The notes under the pieces: generated by a model
Databases searched by the model: none
What the model was told of the DNA's origin: nothing
The model's input: the letters and a program-made list of their open reading frames with translations, nothing else
Made by a program: the position numbers and the translations under genes
Part shown: positions 59,401 through 64,000 of the stretch, piece after piece
Numbering within the stretch: the stretch's first letter is position 1
Layout: the number at the start of each line of letters is the position of its first letter
Assembly: GCA_039621445.1 (NCBI GenBank)
Contig: CP154954.1
Span: forward strand, 46,541,847-46,605,846
Direction of reading: 5' to 3'
Origin: Euglena gracilis
Taxonomy: Eukaryota
DNA length: 64,000 bases

Positions 59401-61862
59401 CACCTCCGGAAGCGGAGGAGACGGAAGAAGTGGTCCCAATGGCCGAGGATGAACCTCAGCCTGCGGAACCTCCGGCACGGGAAACCCGTAGCCCATCGGT
59501 TGTGATGCTGGACACTGTGGCGGAAACCGCCCAGCGCCCGGGATCACCGACAGGTGAAATGACGCCTATCCCACTGTCACCATCCTCACTGGGTACGCCA
59601 GGTGGACCGACCCCTCCGCGGAAAAACCCGCCGGAGACGGTAACCCATACGCCCGAGGTATTACGCCTCAAGCTTCCTGTCCCCGGGGAAATCCCGACGA
59701 CAGAGGAGACAGTGGAGGAGCCCACTTCAGGTGAAGGACCTGAACAGCGCCCCTCACTGGGCGGACGTGTACTCGGCGGTTTGCGATCACTGATCGCAGT
59801 TGTCACCCCACGTGGCACTGCGGCCAGTTCTTCCACTGCTGTGGCAGAAACGGCCCAGCCAGCAGACGAAACAACTGAAGCTGCAGCCATGGAGGAGGAT
59901 GAACCTCCCCCAATGGCCACGCCACCGCCGGTGTCGGAAACGACACGGACGGAGGGCGAACCAACGGTAATGTCAGTGGTGACAACGCTACCCGTGCCAG
60001 TGCAGGATGAACCAGCATTAGCACCGGTAGCGGCATCAGAGGCACGGGATGAGCCCGTAGCTCCACACGCATCGGCCACTGCACCGAAGCGTGCGGACAC
60101 ACGGACACCGGCACCTGAAAAACAGGCTGCACGGCCATCCATGCCCCCACCACAGACTCAGCCAACGCGAAGTGCAACGGCGACGCCCACACCCACACCA
60201 TCCCCCACGGCTGCTCCTGGGAAACCCACGACCGCAGCGAAAGAACGCATAGGTCGACCCTCAGCTCGGGAAACCCCTGCTGAAGGTCAACGACGCTCGG
60301 TGTTGGGGAAAAGACCCCCGGCCCAGCCGTCACCACGCACCTGGTCAAGCAAGCGTGACGCCGAACGGCGACCCTCGGATGCTCCGGAAAGCGGAAGTCC
60401 GAAGGCCCCGGCCAAATCAAAGCCCGGTGCCGCGCCTTGCAAACCCTTACCTAAGACAGGTGATCAGCCCCCACCGAAAGGCGGTGGTGGTGCTGGAGGC
60501 CAGGGTGCATCTTCTTCTCGAGGATTAGCCTCGGGAGGAGGATTCACGCAGGTCACATCATCCGGCTATGGGAAAACCTCACAGCCGAAACCACCTACGA
60601 AGGGGCAGGGAAAATCCCGCGCCTCTACGACTACGACACCTTCGGAAGGCGAAGTTGTCATCGACTGGAATGCGATGACTCAGGATGATCCTGAGACTCA
60701 TGACCTGAAAAACAGGTACATGATGATCGAACACAAGCTGCGAACAGACCAATGCCTCAATCGGTGGATTGAACCACTGTTCTGTCAAGGACGGAAATGG
60801 TCCTTTGACCAGAATGTCACCTGGAATTATTACAATTCCAGATCACCACGTGTTTTGGCCCAATACTTTGGCGAGGAATTCCTCGTCGACAGAACATCGG
60901 AAAACCGATTTGTGTGGCTCTGCACTGTTTGCCAGAGGATGTACAACAGTGCCCCTGACTTGGGATTACCCCTCGTCCATGTGTGCAACCCTGTGGATCG
61001 GAAATCGTTCCACAAGGATATGTACATACCCAACTGTGCCGCCTTGGTATGCGCCAAGTGCGTGGACAGTTGGACCCACAAGCACAATTTTAGCTACACG
61101 GATCGAGATGGTACGAATGTACCAGTACTCTGCGTCAACTGCCTGCGAGGTACCTTCTGGCACACTGCGGAAGGCGCAGTTCGCACAATCGTGCCGAGTG
61201 CCGAGAAGCCACTGGAGGAATACTCCACCTTGAACAAAAAGTTCAAGGACTTCTTCAAATATGCCAACCTCAAGCTCGACGACTACCGCCACACGGGAAT
61301 GGCCCGTGGGTGGCAGATCGACAGTGGGGCGATACGCCTCGCAGCTGAGGAAGCAGGGGTAAGATTACCTTACCTCTGGGAGACAGCGGACAGGGAAAAG
61401 ATACTTTTCCGCCTATTCACAACCCAGGACCGAAATGGTCGCTGGTGCCTACCACAATGGCCACCCGAAAAACACGGGATGACCTGGAAGGACTGGCTAG
61501 GGGCCGTATTGCGACCCCATACAGTCCGGGCGGAATGCGCCTATCATGTTCCCATCGACTTCCACTTGGGGAATGCCCCGCAGGTGTCAGCCAATCACCC
61601 TCGGAGAAACTACTTCATCTGGCCAGCGACTTTGCCCAGGAAATTCTGGGAAAAGCTGCAGTGGTTTCTCGCGGAAAGAGCGAGTGCCACCAAGCAGACA
61701 GTACCCGAAGGATGGGTTCGGGACTGGATTGCACCTGATTTCGACTACGACTCGCCAGAAACCTGGCTTGTCGACAGGCCACAGCCACCACAATTCCAGA
61801 TGGTCCTTGTGGAAGATCCCTTGGACTCCCGCCATGACTATTGGCGGCTGGAGCGGATGTAA
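56428..61862 (+). CDS. Extra ORF3 of unknown function (~1800 aa if one frameshift near 57250 is corrected)
   Basis: The 344-aa and 1498-aa ORFs overlap in adjacent frames; KG repeats, two globular Trp/Tyr-rich regions and a Cys8 finger at 60921-61142. Confidence 0.8.
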
Positions 61863-62756
61863 TGCCGAAACGGCATTACCAAGCCCATGTAAGGTAAGCG
61901 CCTTCATGGAGCTCATACACTATATATATACACTGGAAGCGGAAATCGCTAAACTGCCCTGGGATGAACCTGGGTCTGTGTCCCTCAGCGCTCTGGATGG
62001 AAGCATCCAGGAGCCCCCCCCTCCCCCCTGCCGACCCATTATACCAGTGACCATGCGGACGGAAACCGTCTGCGGGAGGTAATCGCCTCTTATTGCGTCG
62101 TGAAGGAGCTACTGCTGTGAAGAACTTGGCAGCCGGGAAACCTGGCAAGCCGCTAAGTGACGCACAGCACACAGCGCGCACGCCGTAATAATAGGCCAAC
62201 TTGTCACTTTTCGGCCCTAAGGCACTTAAGGCTGCCAGACAGCAAAAATTCTGTTCTGGCCTAAGCCAGCCCCCCTCTCCTCCCTACTTTCCCCCCACCC
62301 CCGCAAAGCTGTCGCCGGCAGTCGGTTTTGTAAGTAGGCTTTTGTTTCCTAGTGCGGATATGACCGCCTAGGACCCTTATCCGGGTATGACCAGGATAAG
62401 CGCCTGCCCCCCCCTTCCACACCTCTCCCTTGGGTTTTCAGCAAATCGCTTGACCAACCCCGCGTGCCTTTGGCACACCCAAACTGGGTGGATGGGCCAC
62501 TTTGTCAGGAAACCTGCCAAGCCCCGTTTCCCACAGTGGGCTTTTTCACACCCCACCTAAGCCGAAACGGCTAATAGGTAACCGCGAAACGCGGCTAACC
62601 TTTTGCGCGTTTTTGGGCTTTGGGTGGATGCCACTGTGTGGAAAGGAGAGACACCGAATGTAGAAGTGAACCCCACCTGGGGCAGCGTCAGATATCCTGA
62701 CTGGACTGGGAAACCCTGGTCCATGAAGGAAATCGGGCGTAGCCCTGGGAGGGGGA

Positions 62757-63183
62757 TGTGTACCAGGCACGTCCCAGCTCTGTAGGATATCTGCAGAGTG
62801 GGTTCTGTGACGGTCGCACCACTGTGAAACCCACAGCTGGTAAGATCGTGGCAGACCCTTCTGGGATCTGCCCCTGGACACGTCAGCACTTTTCTCTCCT
62901 TCCCCCACAGGTGGTATTCTTTACTGTCATCAATTCCAAGTTTCACCATTGGTTTTGTCAGAGGGAAAAACCCTCGGAACAATCAAGACTGAACTCAGAA
63001 GAAACTTCTGAGACATTGCTTTGTGCTTTGCTCCTTGGGGAAGTGGGAATCAAAGGGGGAAAACCACTTTTGTTACTCCAGAGACTTTTCCCTACCATAA
63101 GTAGGCCGCGTACCGAGGTGAAAGCGCAAGGCTTTTTCAGAAAGTTCCAAAAAGGGAAAAAGGGAAAGCTTTGGACGTACAGT
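62757..63183 (+). repeat. 3' LTR
   Basis: Follows the PPT; followed by accgc. Confidence 0.9.
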
Positions 63184-64000
63184 ACCGCTCGCCGAGGTCG
63201 CAAAATCCGCCCGCGGCGATGCACGTCGACGCTGAGGAGGAAGCTCCACCAGCGCCAGACGTGACGGCAGAACGGGCACGTCGGGAAACCCGACCATCCC
63301 CAGTCGCACCAGTTTACTCGAACCGTGGTGACGCTGATCAGGAATTTGCTCGAACGCCAAGCACGGAATCCGTCACTTACCCTGTGTTTACGCCAGAAGA
63401 CCTAGAATACTGGGATTAGTGGGCGACATTCGAATGGCTGTCTAACGCAAAGGGTAAGGGGAAGGGTAAAGGCAAGGGTAAGGGGAAAGGAAAAGGCCAG
63501 GAGAGAGGTGGGAAAGACCCACCTGGCAAAGGCGGAAAAGCCGCTTGGCCAACTCCAGGAAAAGGCGGAAAATCTGCCGGACCCCCAGCAGGCAAGGACG
63601 GAAAAGCCGCCGAACCTTATAAAACGAAGGACGATGACGTTACTGTAGTATTCACCTGCCTGCAGGACATCTGGCCGAAAATCGACGAAGATCTCCGGCA
63701 GTTTACACACACAAGCAACGCGATGCACCGACCACCGGATGCGGTGCTCGAAGTGGTGCAGAATCGTATGTACGATCACTGCAAACGTTTTTCTACAGCT
63801 CCGAACTTTATGCGTTTGAGGGATACCCTCATTCGGATGAAATTGTCCTGGACCGAATGTCCGGTTTCTGGGAGCTGTGGTTCTGGTTGGGATACCCCTG
63901 CCAGAACTTCGGCATCTTTACCGACCGAAACGGTCATACGTATGCCGACTGTTTGGGAACATGTCCTGACGACGAAACGTTCGTAGCACAGTTGAAGGAA
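63184..64000 (+). pseudogene. Degenerate older copy of ORF3 (target of both gypsy insertions; other pieces at 33711-33828 and 46127-46349)
   Basis: Collinear with 57630-58459 but with stops and frameshifts. Confidence 0.88.

Larger units (their letters stand above)
46350..63183 (+). mobile_element. 16.8-kb Ty3/gypsy chromodomain LTR retrotransposon with extra 3' ORF
   Basis: ~430-bp LTRs at 46350-46779 and 62757-63183; PBS tggtagcaga at 46780; PPT gggaggggga; TSD (A)CCGC. Confidence 0.93.

Noticed and set aside
56428-61862. env gene
   Set aside because: No signal peptide, fusion-protein features or transmembrane anchor are visible

Overview
This is eukaryotic nuclear DNA from a photosynthetic euglenid. 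The evidence is an exact euglenid spliced-leader sequence, a class-I tripartite plastid presequence and a euglenid polyprotein linker. Bases 1-15.4 kb hold a minus-strand, intron-rich psaD (photosystem I subunit II) gene whose introns are packed with nested MITEs. It does not stop after PsaD but continues through an XMXAXXGXKX decapeptide linker into a second PsaD-like unit, i.e. a polyprotein. Bases 15.5-64 kb are a stack of nested retroelements. (1) An RLE/CRE-like non-LTR element that appears to start with a spliced leader and encodes a 2A ribosome-skipping peptide. (2) A non-autonomous 8-kb LTR element. (3) A DIRS1-like tyrosine-recombinase element with ITR/ICR and an adenine-methyltransferase domain. 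(4) A young 12.3-kb chromodomain gypsy element whose Pol begins with both a C5-cytosine methyltransferase and an NPPW amino-methyltransferase domain. (5) A 16.8-kb chromodomain gypsy element with an amino-MTase-like domain between protease and RT, a probable UAG read-through hairpin and a very large extra ORF with a Cys8 finger; it is inserted into an older copy of its own family. Many ORFs are broken by single-base shifts at homopolymers (assembly error or decay), and there is a 13-N gap at 33698-33710. All calls were made by eye; no searches were run.
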